This document shows positions 12,974 through 26,589 of a stretch of 64,000 nt of DNA, piece by piece (position 1 is the stretch's first letter; each line of letters opens with the position of its first letter). This DNA is from Somniosus microcephalus (lineage: Eukaryota), in contig CM126225.1 of assembly GCA_052327205.1 (NCBI GenBank), positions 8,184,001 through 8,248,000 of the forward strand, given 5' to 3'. Below the pieces are notes generated by a model. The model was given only the letters and a program-made list of their open reading frames with translations. It had not been told where the DNA came from and ran no database searches. The position numbers and the translations under genes were made by a program.

Positions 12974-13400
12974 AAATGTAAGAAGTCACACAACATCAGG
13001 TTATAGTCCAACAGTTTTATTTGAAATCACAAGCTTTCGGAGCGCTGCTCCTTCGTCAGGTGAAGTGGAGAGATGCATATAGACACAGATTATATAGTCA
13101 GAGAATAATGCCAGATGATTACAGGTAATCTTTCTAACTGCCATTTATCACACCTCGGCAGAGATAATCACAGCAATCAAAGGTGTGAATGGTGTCCAAA
13201 CAGGTCAGTCAGGAAAACATTACATCAAAGAACAATGAGGTGGGGTCACAAGGGGTAAAATGTTGCAGATGCTGGGGTCTGTATGAAAAACAAAAAAGAC
13301 AAAAAACATTGTGATTTCAAATAAAACTGTTGGACTATAACCTGGTGTTGTGTGACTTCTTACATTTGTCCACCCCAGTCCAACACCGGCATCTGCACAC
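12974..13400. mobile_element. Penelope-like element terminal-repeat remnants in inverted arrangement
   Basis: 59-bp arms 12974-13032 and 13309-13367 with one mismatch; adjacent hammerhead motif. Confidence 0.75.
13027..13063 (-). ncRNA. Minimal type I hammerhead ribozyme motif
   Basis: Minus strand reads UCAC-CUGACGA-A-GGAGC-AGC-GCUCC-GAAA-GC-UU-GUGA: intact core, 5-bp stem II, 4-bp stem I, palindromic AAGCUU stem III. Confidence 0.8.
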
Positions 13401-14677
13401 TGAAATTTTAAAAAAAGACAGTGGAAGAAAGACGACATGATCTACACAGTTTGCAGCAAGCTGAACTGTAGATGGTTAAACAATTTCCACTCATGGGATC
13501 CAAGGTCAATATACATTTTTCCTCTCTTGGCGGTAGATTCCATTTACTGCCAATATTTCTGGTCACTTTTTTAAAAAAAACTATCAATATTTTTCCAATG
13601 GATTCCACATTAATTTTTAATTGGACGATGTCAAATTTTTGGCTGCTTTTTCAGGGTACAGCTGTGTAATGGTTGCGTTACTGGACTAGCAATCCAGCGA
13701 ACGCGAGTTCAAATCCCACCATGGCAGTTTGAGAATTGGTATTCAGTTAAAAATAAAATCAGGAAATAAAAAGCTGATAACAACAAAAAAGTGACCATGA
13801 CGCTCTTGGATTTTTGAGAAAACACAACTGGTTCACTAATGTCCTTTAACATGCCATCGTCTCCAGTTTCTGGTAAAAACCTCGAGATTTTTGTGCCCAA
13901 CAGGCTGAAAGTAACCATTGCAATAAATAAAACCAACAATGCCTGAGTTTGGGGGAATTAATCCTCAATTTATATTCTACCTCATCTAACTAAATCTAAC
14001 TATGTTCTGATTCCCAACTCAGCAATCACCCAACAGGTCCAGAGTGAGAGGAGGAGTGGAGCAGGAAGGGAGAGCACCACTTGACAGGCAGGAAGTGGTA
14101 TGCGCTTGTCCCGTGCCACTTGCCTGCCTTACTTTGGCAGGAAATGGGGAGAACCTCAAGAGGGAGCAGGAAAAAAAACACTTAAATGGGGATGGGGAGG
14201 CGGAGGAGAGAAGCTGGCCAATATTAAGTACAGAATGTTCCGCTTAGAAGTAATATTTTACAAAAAAAGATTAAAAAGCTACTCGCTGAAATAAGCCACG
14301 AGTTGTTATTTAGACCAAAACTTGATACATAGGGATATTTCCTCAATCTTTCGCTTGGAGACTTTTTTTTGGCGCAAGAAAAACATCGAGAAAACGGCTC
14401 TTAACATTAAAGTAATCTTCACATTTGTTGTGACAATCAGCACTTGCCAGTAACATTTCCCCAATTACATGCTAGAGGTTTTCACAGTGGCTGCCGGGCT
14501 TACACGAACACTTGAATGGGAAGCAACTATTGGCACAGCCCTACGACAATCATGCAGGTTTGTTTAAATTTAAAGATACCCACAACAATACTAAATCTGC
14601 AATCCACTCTCTGTATAGACTGCCAGCTTATTAAGTTTCCTCCGGTTTAAATAATTAACCTGTTTTTTTTATTTTAG

Positions 14678-14903
14678 CAACTGCTTCAGACTTCACAAGT
14701 TGAACAGATTGAATGATAGAGGCATCTTAATGAGAACCATTCCCTTTTGAAAAAAATGTCCCTTTATCCAGTCTTCAGTATTAAGCACACAGAGCTTATA
14801 CCCCAGAACCTATTTCTAAGGCTGGAGGAGTGACTCGTACTCCTAGTCTCTCAGATTCCGGCCGAAAATCTGGATTTACATTACAACATTCTATCAGTGC
14901 AAG
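14678..14903 (+). pseudogene. Pseudo-exon QLLQTSQVEQIE**RHLNENHSLLKKMSLYPVF...NILSVQ
   Basis: Strong T-tract TTTTAG| acceptor; 75 codons +1 nt; three stops (TGA, TAG, TGA), each one transition from CGA/CAG; AAG|GT donor. Confidence 0.65.
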
Positions 14904-15243
14904 GTTAAACTCTTCACACAGGCACTACAGTTGTGGCATAAAACAAATTTAAAGTGCGTTTGAATTTAGTGGATTGGTAGTGTCGGCCATTTGACCCATT
15001 TCCCTGTCTTCCAGTTGTACAGGAGGAAGTCAGGCAATTTATGCCCCGTCTTATGCAACTCTAACCAGCCACTCAGACTGCACAGGAAAAACAACCCACC
15101 CCGCACCCACTCCAGTCCCCCAACGATGCAGCAATGCTTGGTCTCTGCTCCTTAACCCTGCCACTGCCCAGTCAGAAACAGCACAAGTTTTACCAACCTG
15201 TCGTACATTATATCGGTGCTGCGTTGCACTGCCAATAATGGTT

Positions 15244-15658
15244 CACAGAATCACAGCATGGTTACAGCACGGAAGGTGGCCATTCGGTCCGTTGAGCCCG
15301 TGCCGGCTCCCTGCAAAAACACCTCAGCTAGTCCCACTCCCCCGCCCTTTCCCTGTAGCCCTGCAATTTTCTTTCCCGTCAGGTACTTATCCAACTCCCT
15401 TTTGAAAGCCACGATTGAATCTGCCTCCACCACCCTCTCAGGCAGCGCATTCCAGATCCTAACCACTCACTGAGTAAAAAAGTTTTTCCTTATGTCGCCT
15501 TTGGTTCTTCTGCCAATCACCTTAAATCTGTGTCCTCTGGTTCTTGACCCTTCTGCCAATGGGAACAGTTTCTCTCTATCTACTCTGTCCAGGCCACTCA
15601 TGATTTTGAACACCTCGATCAAATCTCCTCTCAACCTTCTCTGCTCTAAGGAGAACAA
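15244..15658 (-). mobile_element. CR1-type LINE 3' fragment
   Basis: FSLEQRRLRGDLIEVFKIM..VRIWNALPERVVEA. Confidence 0.9.
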
Positions 15659-16310
15659 TTAATATATATTACAAACAACCTAAATAGTTAAACTTTGCAC
15701 AATGTTTTCAAGGAAATTATTTATTTTTGTACTTTACTGGATACTATTAGATGCAGAAATGTTGCACAGTAATTTATTAATCGTTCTTTCAAACTTTTTA
15801 AGGAACTGTTGCTTTGACAGTACTGCGGCACTTCCATATCAAACTATAGCAAATGAACTCCTGTTGTCTTAAATACCCAGACGTTGGCAATGTGGGTTAT
15901 CTTTTCTTATCCTAAGCACTGTAACAGAGATAAGATATTGACCTCTGACCCATACAAAGTCCAAAACTGAGTTAACAGCCCAAAAATAGTTTTCAATCAT
16001 GTCAGTGGCAGTTTTAATAAATGGGTACCATGATCTTGACAATTTAACTCATTAGAAACTTTGTTGGTATAATTATGATGAAAATAATATTAACAAGTGG
16101 TAACCAACAATGCTTGTGAAATCCACACAAAGATAACTGATTGTTGCTATGAAATGCATTAATAATTAGGTTTGTAATTAAGCAATAAATGATGGTTGTC
16201 TGCACTAGATCGTAGGTCAATTGAAGAACAAGACTTCAGAACAATTCAATCATCCTATCTTTAATTTCCTTGTATACTGCAGGCAGATTGCCTAATTTCT
16301 GTTCAATTAG

Positions 16311-16438
16311 ATCCTCACATATTTGAGGACACTTTTCGTTTTTCTGTTGTCACATACAACACTTGCTGGCTGTTCATATATTGTGCACTCCAAGCAGTGC
16401 AACAATACCGCTTGTTTCACAGGAATACACAGTCATGA
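16311..16438 (+). pseudogene. Pseudo-exon DPHIFEDTFRFSVVTYN...
   Basis: ATTAG| acceptor; its phase-1 start matches the previous exon; 3' end uncertain. Confidence 0.45.
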
Positions 16439-17009
16439 GTGACTATTGCAACAGATCAGATTCACTCTGCACTTCACACCAACCCTTAAAATTCAAATTA
16501 CTTTAAAAAAAAAAGGACTAAATCAAACATTAAGAAAAACAAATCCAGAAGCCCAGGCTCATGCTCCAGTCTCCAGCAATACAAACTGCACTCCAGTGAC
16601 AACTCATTGGCTATATGCAAGTCTAAAACAGATCAATTCTCCCTTACTCATAATTTAAAATACAAATCACTGCAAGCTATTGTATAACTAGGTCAGGGCA
16701 GGATATCACATTTAAACAATAGAGAACTCAGCTGACCCTGACGCTTACAGCCCGAGAACTTGAGTATTAGAGCAAGAAAATTTCAAGAGAACATGCTGTC
16801 AACACCCTCTATTCCCATACAAGAGTTATTTACTGTTGATTTTGGCTGTAATGGCATTAGACAGCATCAACAACCCTGGACTTGGGGAGGGTAGAGATGA
16901 GGGTCAAAGATAAATCAGGTTCCTGGGCCTCTTGAGCATCTGGTAGCCTCTCCCTGAAAAGTAAATGTGGATATCGGAGAGGACTGGATGGGCCTTAAAA
17001 GTTTAAAAT

Positions 17010-17400
17010 TTAAAATTCTCACTCGTGTGTTAAAAATCACCCCTCCCTATCTGTATAACCTCCTTCAGTTGTAAATCCCTGCACCACTTCAAACCCCCAT
17101 AAACTCTCCATTTTCCTGACTCCAGACTCGAGTGCCTCCCCCACCACCCCACCTCACCTTTTGTCCCACCATTCTTGGCTGTCCCTTCGCCCACAAAAGT
17201 CTCACTCTCCGAAAGTTCCTCCCTAAACACCTTTGCCTCTCCGCCTTTAAAAGTCTCCTTAAAACCTCTTTGCCCAAGCTTTTTTCACCCTACCAATCCT
17301 CGCCTTTGGCTCAGCTTCTGCTGTTTGTCCTTACACCTCTATGAAGTGCCTGGGAACGTTTTTCTGTGTTAATATGTATTTAAATGCAAGTTGTTGTTAT
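17010..17400 (+). mobile_element. L2-type LINE 3' fragment
   Basis: AFKSLLKT motif and AAATGCAAGTTGTTG tail. Confidence 0.65.
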
Positions 17401-17671
17401 TGCTGAATAGCCTGCCAATACTCAAATCTCGACCCACATGTGAAAAATAGCCACTTAGGCAAAGTGCCAGAGGACTGTCAACATTCACAGAACTGCAATC
17501 CAGTGTGAGTCAGTACCTTCAGGATAGGAGGGGAGGAAAGAGGAAAAATAATTGCAGAGGGTGGTTGAAAAGTATGTTTTTTCTGGAAATAAGCTAAGAA
17601 TCCATTTTTGGCAATATTAATCTGGATCAGAATATGTTCCTACTCCTTCCCATATTACATTTTATGCAAAG

Positions 17672-18121
17672 AGCCAGAGTGTTTTATTGGAGATCTGCAA
17701 ACAAGTCTATTTGAACGGTTCTGCCCAACTTTTTATCATCGACGGTAACTTAATAAATCTAAACATGGAACCAAACCTACACTGGAGGCAGTCCAACAGC
17801 AATTGAATCTGAGCCTGGACAAATGAAAATCTACCCGACACCAAGTGAGCAGGGCAGCATGCAGAACAATGCCAAGTTCTGAAAACTCTCTCTCAGAAGT
17901 GAGCTTAGAAACCAGTGAAAAAAATTGTGAACTTGCCTGTTTGTCATTGTGCATCCACAATGTTCACCATTTCATTTTACAGCCATCCTTTCACTCATTA
18001 GAGAAACTTCAAGTGGAAGAAAAGTCTGGGGACGTACAATTTGTTCAAAGTAGTCCCCTGTTTTATCAAAAAAAGTCTCAGGAGAATTTTGATATTTTAT
18101 TCCCAACATGGAGACCCTTGG
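17672..18121 (+). pseudogene. Pseudo-exon with Mab-21-like catalytic-strand motif (QFVQSSPLFYQKKSQENFDILFP), module C
   Basis: 450 nt, phase 1-1, two stops, G|GTGGGC donor. ENFDILF resembles cGAS NEFDVMF. An alternative acceptor lies at 17983. Confidence 0.65.
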
Positions 18122-18739
18122 GTGGGCCGCAGTGGTGATGTCACCAAGAGAGAGCATCCAGAGAAGGCTGCACATTCAGCAACATGGGGCATGGCATCAA
18201 CCTAGCCCTAGAAACCCTCTGGTGCTGGAGCTAGTTTGATGTCATGCTACATCAGGAAGACAAACTATAAAGTAGGAGGGGAGCAGTGGGCAGATTGTCT
18301 AGTCCAGGGAATTTAGATTTATGTTGCATTAAGGGTTCTGTCACTCCACACTAGCTCTCATGCCAGTCTGAAGTTAGGTCCTGACCCAGTTTTTGCTATC
18401 AAGCAGCTCTAGGATGCACAGCAACATTCTCCAATTAGTCCACAGGAGCTGGGTAGGATATTGACACTTTCACCTAAACACCAAAAGAAATCTCATTCAG
18501 AGCATCATTCCCTCGATAAAATGAGGTGCACTTTTCCCTTTTAAGCTTTACAGAAAGAAAGCACTTATGGATAAACTTCCATCAAAGCACATGAAATACT
18601 AATTGGCACAAAGTAAACCTAGATTATTAATTTGAAGTAACAGAACTTCCATGGTGTTGCTCAAGGTAAGTCAGATTTTTTTCAAAAGTATTAGACAATC
18701 TAATGCTCTAATTCAAAGTTGATTAATTCAAATTATTTT

Positions 18740-19470
18740 AATTCCCCATAGCCAATATATCTTTCCTGAGGTTCGGGGCCCAAAACTTAATGCAGTCCAC
18801 CAGATGTGGTCCAACCAAGGATCTGCACACCACTTCCTCACTTTTGTATTCCAACCCCTGAGATAAAGGCCAACATTCCAGTAGTCTTTTTTATTACCAT
18901 TTGTAGCTGTGATCGAGCTTTTAGTGATTTGTATACTTGGACACCTAAACTGATTTGTTTCTCCACAGTTCCTAGTCTCTTGCCAGTAAGAAAATCTTAC
19001 AATTTCTCTTTCTTGGATCCAAACTTCACATTGCACTCTGCCTGGTATTGTCTTGCCCACTCACTTAGTCTATCGATGTCCCTTTGTAACTTTCTGCTCC
19101 CAGCTACACAACTTTACTGTGCCTCACGTGCAAACTTGGATGTACAACTCTCTATTCTTTCATCAGTCATTATATATGGTGGAAAGCTGAGGCCCCAATA
19201 CAGATCACCTGTCACATCCCCGCCAATCCGAGAACGATCCCTTTGTCCCTACTCTGTCTACTGCCTCCCAAATAATTACCGACCCAGGTCACAAGGTTAC
19301 TTCCAATTCCAAGCGCTCTCACTTTTGCTCATAATTTCTTAGTCGAACCTTATCAAATACCTTCTGGAAGTCCTTAAAGACAACATCCACAGACACTCTT
19401 ATCTAGTATGCTTGTGACCTCCTTAAAAAATTCCACTAGATTAGACAGGCATGACCTACCCTTCACAAGT
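18740..19470 (-). mobile_element. Degenerate CR1 RT fragment
   Basis: Homologous to the RT region of 48308-49561, with many indels. Confidence 0.7.
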
Positions 19471-22419
19471 TTAACTACTCTTGAGGCTACAAGTCAGACC
19501 CAGGATGAAATGCCTGGTTTTCTTTTTTTTTTACAATGAGAAAAGTTATTTTTTTAAAGTCACTGACTGGTTATTAGGACTCCTGTGTTAATAAGGTATT
19601 TTCTGTTACTGGGGAGGTTCTCTGTACAATCTAAATGTTGAAATTAAAAAAGAAATGTGGGGGAAAATTTGCACGAGTCATTTTCCTAGAAGAGATCTGC
19701 CTATAATTAAATGTGACAGAGCAGTGCGACATAACAGAGTTTATCTTCTATGTAGATTATGTACATATAAAATTATGTATTCGACAGGTTTAATATGTTA
19801 ATAGAAATTTAGTAAGTTAAACAGTGTACAAGTATAGTCTTTGCAAGTTCTCTTGTTGGGGTTAACTGAAAGCAAAAATGTAGTTAATGAAAATTTAAAA
19901 ATCACCTTTCCAATACTATGCAAATTTCTTCAGAAAGGATACCCTAATCAGCCTAAAAAAAAAAATCATAAACAGGTCACATTTAGGTGATAAATAATGC
20001 CGTGCGGTATAGATCTGTCCCTTCTCAATCACGTTTATTAAATGCTGTACATACTAAAAGATTTCACCATGTTTCAAAGCAGAGACTGGAGAACAGCAAC
20101 AGGAAAGAAAGCACCAAACACCAAAGGGGGATGCACACATTATGCATTTCCCAGGAACTAGATTTCATGTAAATTCATACCTAGTAGATCTGTGCCAACA
20201 CGGGCAGGGGATTTTCTCCTGTTGCCAACATTTAATGAAACCCGAGCTTTGTATCTCTCTGTTTAAGCTACAGGGGACCTGAATATTGTTAGACATGTAG
20301 ACTCGCATACAAATACACAAGGCTTGAACTTAACCCTTTCTTGAAGGTTTTATAGTAGCAGATAGGACATTCCAAAAGTACTGAAAGATATGGGCTTTAA
20401 GACATACCAATATCTGGTGGTGTGGACTGTAGAAATATTTGTTTTCAATGTCAATTCTGACTTTTGAGGACCACAATATAAAAACTGTGCAAATATCTAA
20501 GTATTTTTCCTTTGTTTACATCTCCCCTCCCTCAAAGACTGATTATAACAGGCTACGAGGAAGTAGAAGCACAGGCACACCCCTCGCTCCTGCAGGGTAG
20601 CACTTGGCCCTGGTACATGGAATGAAGTACATGATTACATGCCCTCAATCGTATTGTTTTAATGATTTTCATTTGTAACCCTTTCCTCCAAAGCCTTGCA
20701 GATCTCATAAGCCCTCAATAACAATAAGACCCAACGATCATTCAACTGCTTTGTCCCATGTGACAACAATACTACAATAGGCATGAAAATTCAGGCACCA
20801 GATGTACTGTACCATGAATCCTTTCTCAGTCATAACCCTCCACAACTCTCAAAGCATAGCTCTCATTATTAACCTATGCCAGTGGCTATCTGCTATTTCC
20901 TACAATGTACATAAACTGATATGTGAAACACTACATCACTCGTTGGCAGCCAAATGCTCTGTGCTGCAATTGCTCTTGCAGCCTCGCTTTTATGAAGCTA
21001 AATTTTGCCCTTCAAGCCTACCTTCAACAAATAATTTAATGCAAAAAAAATTTTTAATCTGCAAAATAAATTCTAATACTAGCTGAGCTACTCTTTAAAT
21101 GAGGCCAAACGGTGATATTATCCCAGCAACACACATTTTTCCGAGACCGATGACCAGCTCCAGTTTTGGAACCCAAGTTTTGAAACAGGCCACCACCAAG
21201 TCTGCTCCAACTCGCAGAAACTGCCAACACTGCCTCTTCCCCACAAAATGCGACATTCTCTCGCTGTGAGCAACACTGATCGTGGCAATGGCAATCTCAA
21301 GAAACAGGAAACAGGCAGGGAGCCACAATGGAACACTAAAGAGTGGAGGAAACAGATGAACAAAAGGGATTTTAAAAGTAACGGCTGCACTGGTGCCACG
21401 CTGAAGTCACTTTTCAGGCCACTGCACTCTGCAGTTTTCTTGTAATTCACTGGGCTGCACGTCCATACTTTCCCTTCCTTATGCGATGTTTAAATAAAAA
21501 GCAAAGCAGGAATTTGCAGTCAGAAAACAAACCAGCAATTGCAATAGTCTCTTCTAGAATGTTGGTATACAAAGCCCAAATTGCCATTATGAACAAAAGT
21601 ATGATCTCGAGCTGTACAGCAAACTACAGAATATTTTCTACTGAAATAGACAGCCAGCGTGTATTGAGGCAAGGACTGGATTAAGCTCAGCAGCAATATT
21701 GTTCACGGTCAATTAACCTGCTGGCACTAACCTTCTCGGCTCAGATATGGAGAATTGCCAGTTCAGCTAGGCAACCAGAACCCATGGAACTGTATCTAGT
21801 ATGGGTCAATGCCATCAGGACAGGAGGGGAGAATGATTTGGGGAAGATAAGTAATGCAATAGAGATGACCAATTCCCCATCAGCGGACCCTTGGGTAGAG
21901 TACTGATGAACTAATGCATTTTACCAGATTGGCAGAACATGGGCAGTCACTCGAAGCCACTCAACCACCTGGTTATGCAGCCTAGGCGGAACCTAAGCAG
22001 CAGTAATGGAGATTTTTTTCAAACCCCACTAAATACCATCAGTTGCACAATTTAAATGTAAACTACATGTAAGAATTGGAGACAATTAAATTATAAAGCA
22101 GCCTAGGAGTTTGATGAATTTCAAATCATATAAATAACAGAGGGAGGCCATTCAGCCCATTATGCCTATGCTAGCTCTTCAACTGGAGCTATCTACTTCA
22201 GTCTCATTTCCCTGATCCTTCCCCTTATATTTTTAATATTCTTCCTTTTCAAATACCTATCCAATTCCCTTTTAAAATGAAGTATAGCCTCTGCCTCAAT
22301 AGCAACATGTGGTAAAGCATTCCACATTCTAGGAACCCCCACACACATCAGAGGTTTTTTCTTTTAAATCTCTGTTCTTATCTTGAAAATCTTAGTACAT
22401 TATACAGAGGAATACAACA

Positions 22420-23850
22420 AAAACTTGCATTTATATAGTGCCTGCAATGTAGGAAAAAGTTTCCAAGTTGCATCACAGAAGTGGAATCAGACAAAAGTGG
22501 ACACCAAGCTAAAGGAGGAGATATTAAGAAGTGACTAAAAACTTGGTGAAATAGTTTAAGTAGGGTCTTGGAGAGGGAGGTGAAGAGGTTTAAGGAAGGA
22601 ACCCCAGAGTGTAAGGCCTAGATGGCTGAAGGCACAGCCGCGAAAGGAGTAGAGGATGGACAGGAGGCCAGAGTTAAAGGAATGCAGAATTCCCAGAGGG
22701 TTGTGGGACTGGAGGAGGTTACAGAGACAGGGAGGGGTGAGGCCAAGAAGAAATTTAAACACGAGGATGATAATTTTAAATCTGAGGTTTAGGATGCCAG
22801 GAGCCAATGTAGATCAGCAAGGACAGGAGTGATGGGTGAGTTGGACTTGGTGCAGGGTAGGATACAGGCAGAGTTTTGAATGAGCTTACATTTGGGAAGG
22901 ATAAGAGGTCGGTCTTGAAAGCACTGGAAGAGTCACGTCTGGAGGTGACAATGGCGTGGATTAGTGTGTTAAATTCTACGGACAGGTTGCATAAACTTGG
23001 CTTGCATTCCCTAGAGAATAGAAGATTGAGGGGTGATCTGATCAGGGTATTCAAAATATTAAAGGATTTGCTAAGGTAGATACGGAGAAATGATTTCTTC
23101 TGGTGTGGGGAAAAAGAACGAGGGGACATAATCTTAAAATTAGGGCCAAGCCATTCAGGAGCTAAAGTACTTTTTCCACAAAGTGTCGTGGAAATCTGGA
23201 ACACTCACCCCCAAAAAGGCTGTGGATGCTGGAACACTTAAAAGCTTTCAAGACTTAGATAGATCTTTGTTAAGCAAGGGTATCAAGGGATGTAGAGCAA
23301 AGGCAGGAAAATGGAGTTGATGTGCAGATCAGCCATGATCTACAGGAAACTCTCGATTTACCGGCACCTAAATAACCAGAAATCTCTTAACCGGCAAAAT
23401 TCAGGAGTAGGTTCAGGTAAGTTTTACTTCATATTAGTGGCAGTTCCTGGATCTGTGGCTGTGTAACTGGGGTTCGTGCACTTGTTGCTAAGCAACAGGG
23501 ACGCTTGGTCTGTGGCTGGAGTTCCTGCACATATTGCTAAGCAACAGGGAAGCCTGGATTTGTACCTTTTAACTACAGTATACCTCTCTGTAATCCAGAC
23601 TTTTTGATAAACCGGCACCACGCCGGTCCTGTTGGTGCCGGATAATAAAGCATTTCCTGTAATTGAATGGTGAAGCAGGCTCAAGAGGCTGAATGGCTAA
23701 CTCTTGTTCCTAATGTTCTTATGGATGAGGGTTTCAACAGCAGGCGATGTTAAAGGTGGAAATAGACAGTCTTTCTGATGGAGAGGATATGGAGTTGTAA
23801 GCTCAGCTCAGGGTCAAACAGGACACCGAGGATGCAAACAGTCTGGTTCA
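22420..23850. mobile_element. Nest: L2 (minus) interrupted by CR1 (plus, ~22965-23720) interrupted by a MITE
   Basis: L2 breaks after GGAGGTGACAATGGCGTGGAT and resumes ATGGATGAGGGTTTCAACAGCAG; CR1 reads LHSLENRRLRGDLIRVFK. Confidence 0.8.
23343..23659. mobile_element. Tc1/pogo-like MITE related to 12477-12804, inserted in a CR1 tail
   Basis: TA-CAGGAAA...TTTCCTG-TA ends; shares TATCCGGCACCAAC(A/G)GGACCG with the other copy. Confidence 0.8.
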
Positions 23851-24383
23851 ACAATTTTTGTATGACATGAATGCCATACCCTACCCCCTACCCCCCGCGA
23901 GCAAACACTCAATGTTGTGGTTCACACACAAGAACGGCGATTTGGGCAAGGTATCAGAGGGCTGCTAACAACATCGTACTCCAGCATGATTTAGAACCTT
24001 GAAGGAGAGGGAACGTGACATTTCTGTATTCAACCACAAAACAGAATTCAACCCATATAACAGAAATGCTCGTAAATTATTAGTAAATATGTAAATTAGA
24101 TACTTCTTCCAATATAGAGCAAATAACAAACCAAAGTGCTCGGTGCTTCAGTAAAAATATTTCAAACAAGAGATTGTTGGAACCAGTTTCATGTAAGCTA
24201 AGCATTTACAAATCTGTGTATGACTGGAATAGTAAGAAGATAACTGCAATCTGAAAATCAGGAAAAATACTGGAAATACACAGTGGGTCCATCAACATCA
24301 AGAGGAAAGGCAGGCTCGTTATAGATACCTTTTCAGATACTGACCTGTGTATTTCCAGATTGTGTGTTTTATTCTGAACGCAG

Positions 24384-24485
24384 GATTTGTTTTTAAAACT
24401 CATCTCTGGTTCAACGACAAACAGCAACTGGCACTGAATTCTGCCAATCACTTGCGCAATGAGCTCACCAGCCTCAGTTGGCAAG
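24384..24485 (+). pseudogene. Pseudo-exon GFVFKTHLWFNDKQQLALNSANHLRNELTSLSWQ, module C
   Basis: CGCAG| acceptor, 102 nt, phase 1-1. LNSANHLRNELTSL resembles MAB21L1 YLSARKIRSRFQTL. Donor appears mutated (GG). Confidence 0.55.
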
Positions 24486-26589
24486 GGCTGTGTACAGTGC
24501 TATTATTTTCAAATACTTATTTACAATGTAATCATGGGAACCTATTGAGCCAAAAGAAAGCAAATTTACTCAGATCAGAGAATTGTGTGGAATGCAGTGT
24601 CTGCTTCTTACACCACTAGGTAATCATCAGAGACTCGAAGTTATGTGTCCAAGCTTGTTGTCTTCATGCATCACTTGGGCGCATTTAATAGTAACTTTCA
24701 AAAGGGAACTGGATCTCTACTTAAGCAAGAACATTTCCAGGGCTATGGGGAAAGAGCAGGGGAATAGGACTAAATGGTAGCTTTCAGCTATGCTTTGCAA
24801 GCATGGGCCACACAAAGTTTAAACTAATGCTCCAGTTAACTTGCACATCTTAAACTGCAGTTACCAACAGGTTGTGCTGTTCAGATTTAGGACTTATCCA
24901 CCTATGAGGCACAAAGAGTAGACCTTTCCAAGCATTAATGCTCTCAAAATTTGAACAGGGCAAAACAAGTAAGAAATGAAAATGCAAACAGAAGCGAGTT
25001 GCCCAAAGCTAGGTTGGCCAGTTTGCCAGGATTCGAGGGCCAGTAATAGCTGCAGTTGAGACACCCCTGCTCTGACTAAACACACCCAACACATAATAAG
25101 CTTCAATGTTGAGTCCTGCAGGAAACATGCATTCTGGACATGGGCTCCAATACCTCAAGAGGTTCATTCATAAGAGTAGCTCAGGGTGACCCGACCTCCA
25201 GGACTAGATCAGCGAGATTTTAAATTGGTAATACTATTGATAGGACTGCTTCATGTAGGACCAACTGTAGGAAAACCATTACAATAAGCAATACCAAAAA
25301 TGACCAAGCTACTTCGATTGAATATCCGATGATTTTTGACATATGGACACATAATATTTGTAAATATTTGTCATCAGCTGTTCAGTTCCTTCCCCTGCTG
25401 CGCCGATTGTTCCCACATTTGCAATGAAATATAAAGGCTGTACACAAAGATCCAGGATCCACAATGGCAGAGCATAAAACAAAGCTAGGTGAAGTGTTTC
25501 CATACTTCCATTTTAGTAAAACAAGTAGTCAGCAGGAGTAGAAGGTGGGTAATGTAGCTTTACACTCAGGTCAACTTTTTCACTACAATTAATGAATGAA
25601 GAAATTTCACCCCCGAACAGAACTTCCATGAACTTCACCACCAGAGATAGACTCTCTCCGGTTGAGCCCTCTTATTGAAGAGCTGCAAGCTGAACCTAAG
25701 TGGTGCTTTCCCTCCGTATCAAAAATTCATTTGGTTTGACAGAATGGATTTTCTTCTTTGATGAACTCATGAAGATGGGGTTTAAGAATGAATATCAAAT
25801 AGATCCTTCTATATACAAATATAATGGTCAGTAGCAGCCACAGGCTGAATGAGCCTCCACAGTTTAGATCTGCATTGCGCACAAAAAGATGCCCCTTGGT
25901 GGCCCAGGCACAGACCAATAGTCACACCGGAGGACATGCAGCAGGAGAATACAAAATATAACTGGACGACCTAGTGTTTTGTACCTCAACAACCCCCAGA
26001 TCTTCCTCCTATATGCAATGTCTGCCATTCACCAATATGGGCATTTACCCAGGTGCAAGATCAACTTCGGCAAGATAGATGCAGAGCTTGAAAAGTGCAA
26101 AAATGGAGGGGGCGTGGGAGGATGGAGATAGAAATACACTCCCTCTTCAGATGGACAACTGATTCAAATACAGATCATCCACAACCTACAATGTCTATAC
26201 GCGGTTGATAAACATTCTACACACTATTTGCAAGGATCTTGCCTGAAGAAATACTCTACCAATTTTATTGCTAGCAAGAACATGCACTCTCAAACTGAAT
26301 TTCCTCTCGGATATTACACTGGCTCAAAATGTGCACACCGCACAACTCACCTTTAATAACTGGACTGGCAGATCACCAACTTTCAGGTCCCAGGCCAACA
26401 TATGCATGCAGCCAGGTTAAAATAAAACTGAGGAAAAACACTCTTTATAAGATCAGTCTGACTTTCTCACTTGCTCGCAAAGATCTGCCTTCTCTTATCA
26501 GCATGTTCCTTATTGTCCTTTGGCTGCGAGTCTTTCTTCTGGATTAGATCATTATGCTTTGTTTTGTACATGTGGCAGTGATTTTCATT

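Noticed and set aside
20802-21086. 94-aa plus-strand ORF as an additional exon of the nested gene
   Set aside because: No convincing splice sites, and exons 18121 and 24384 already join in phase.
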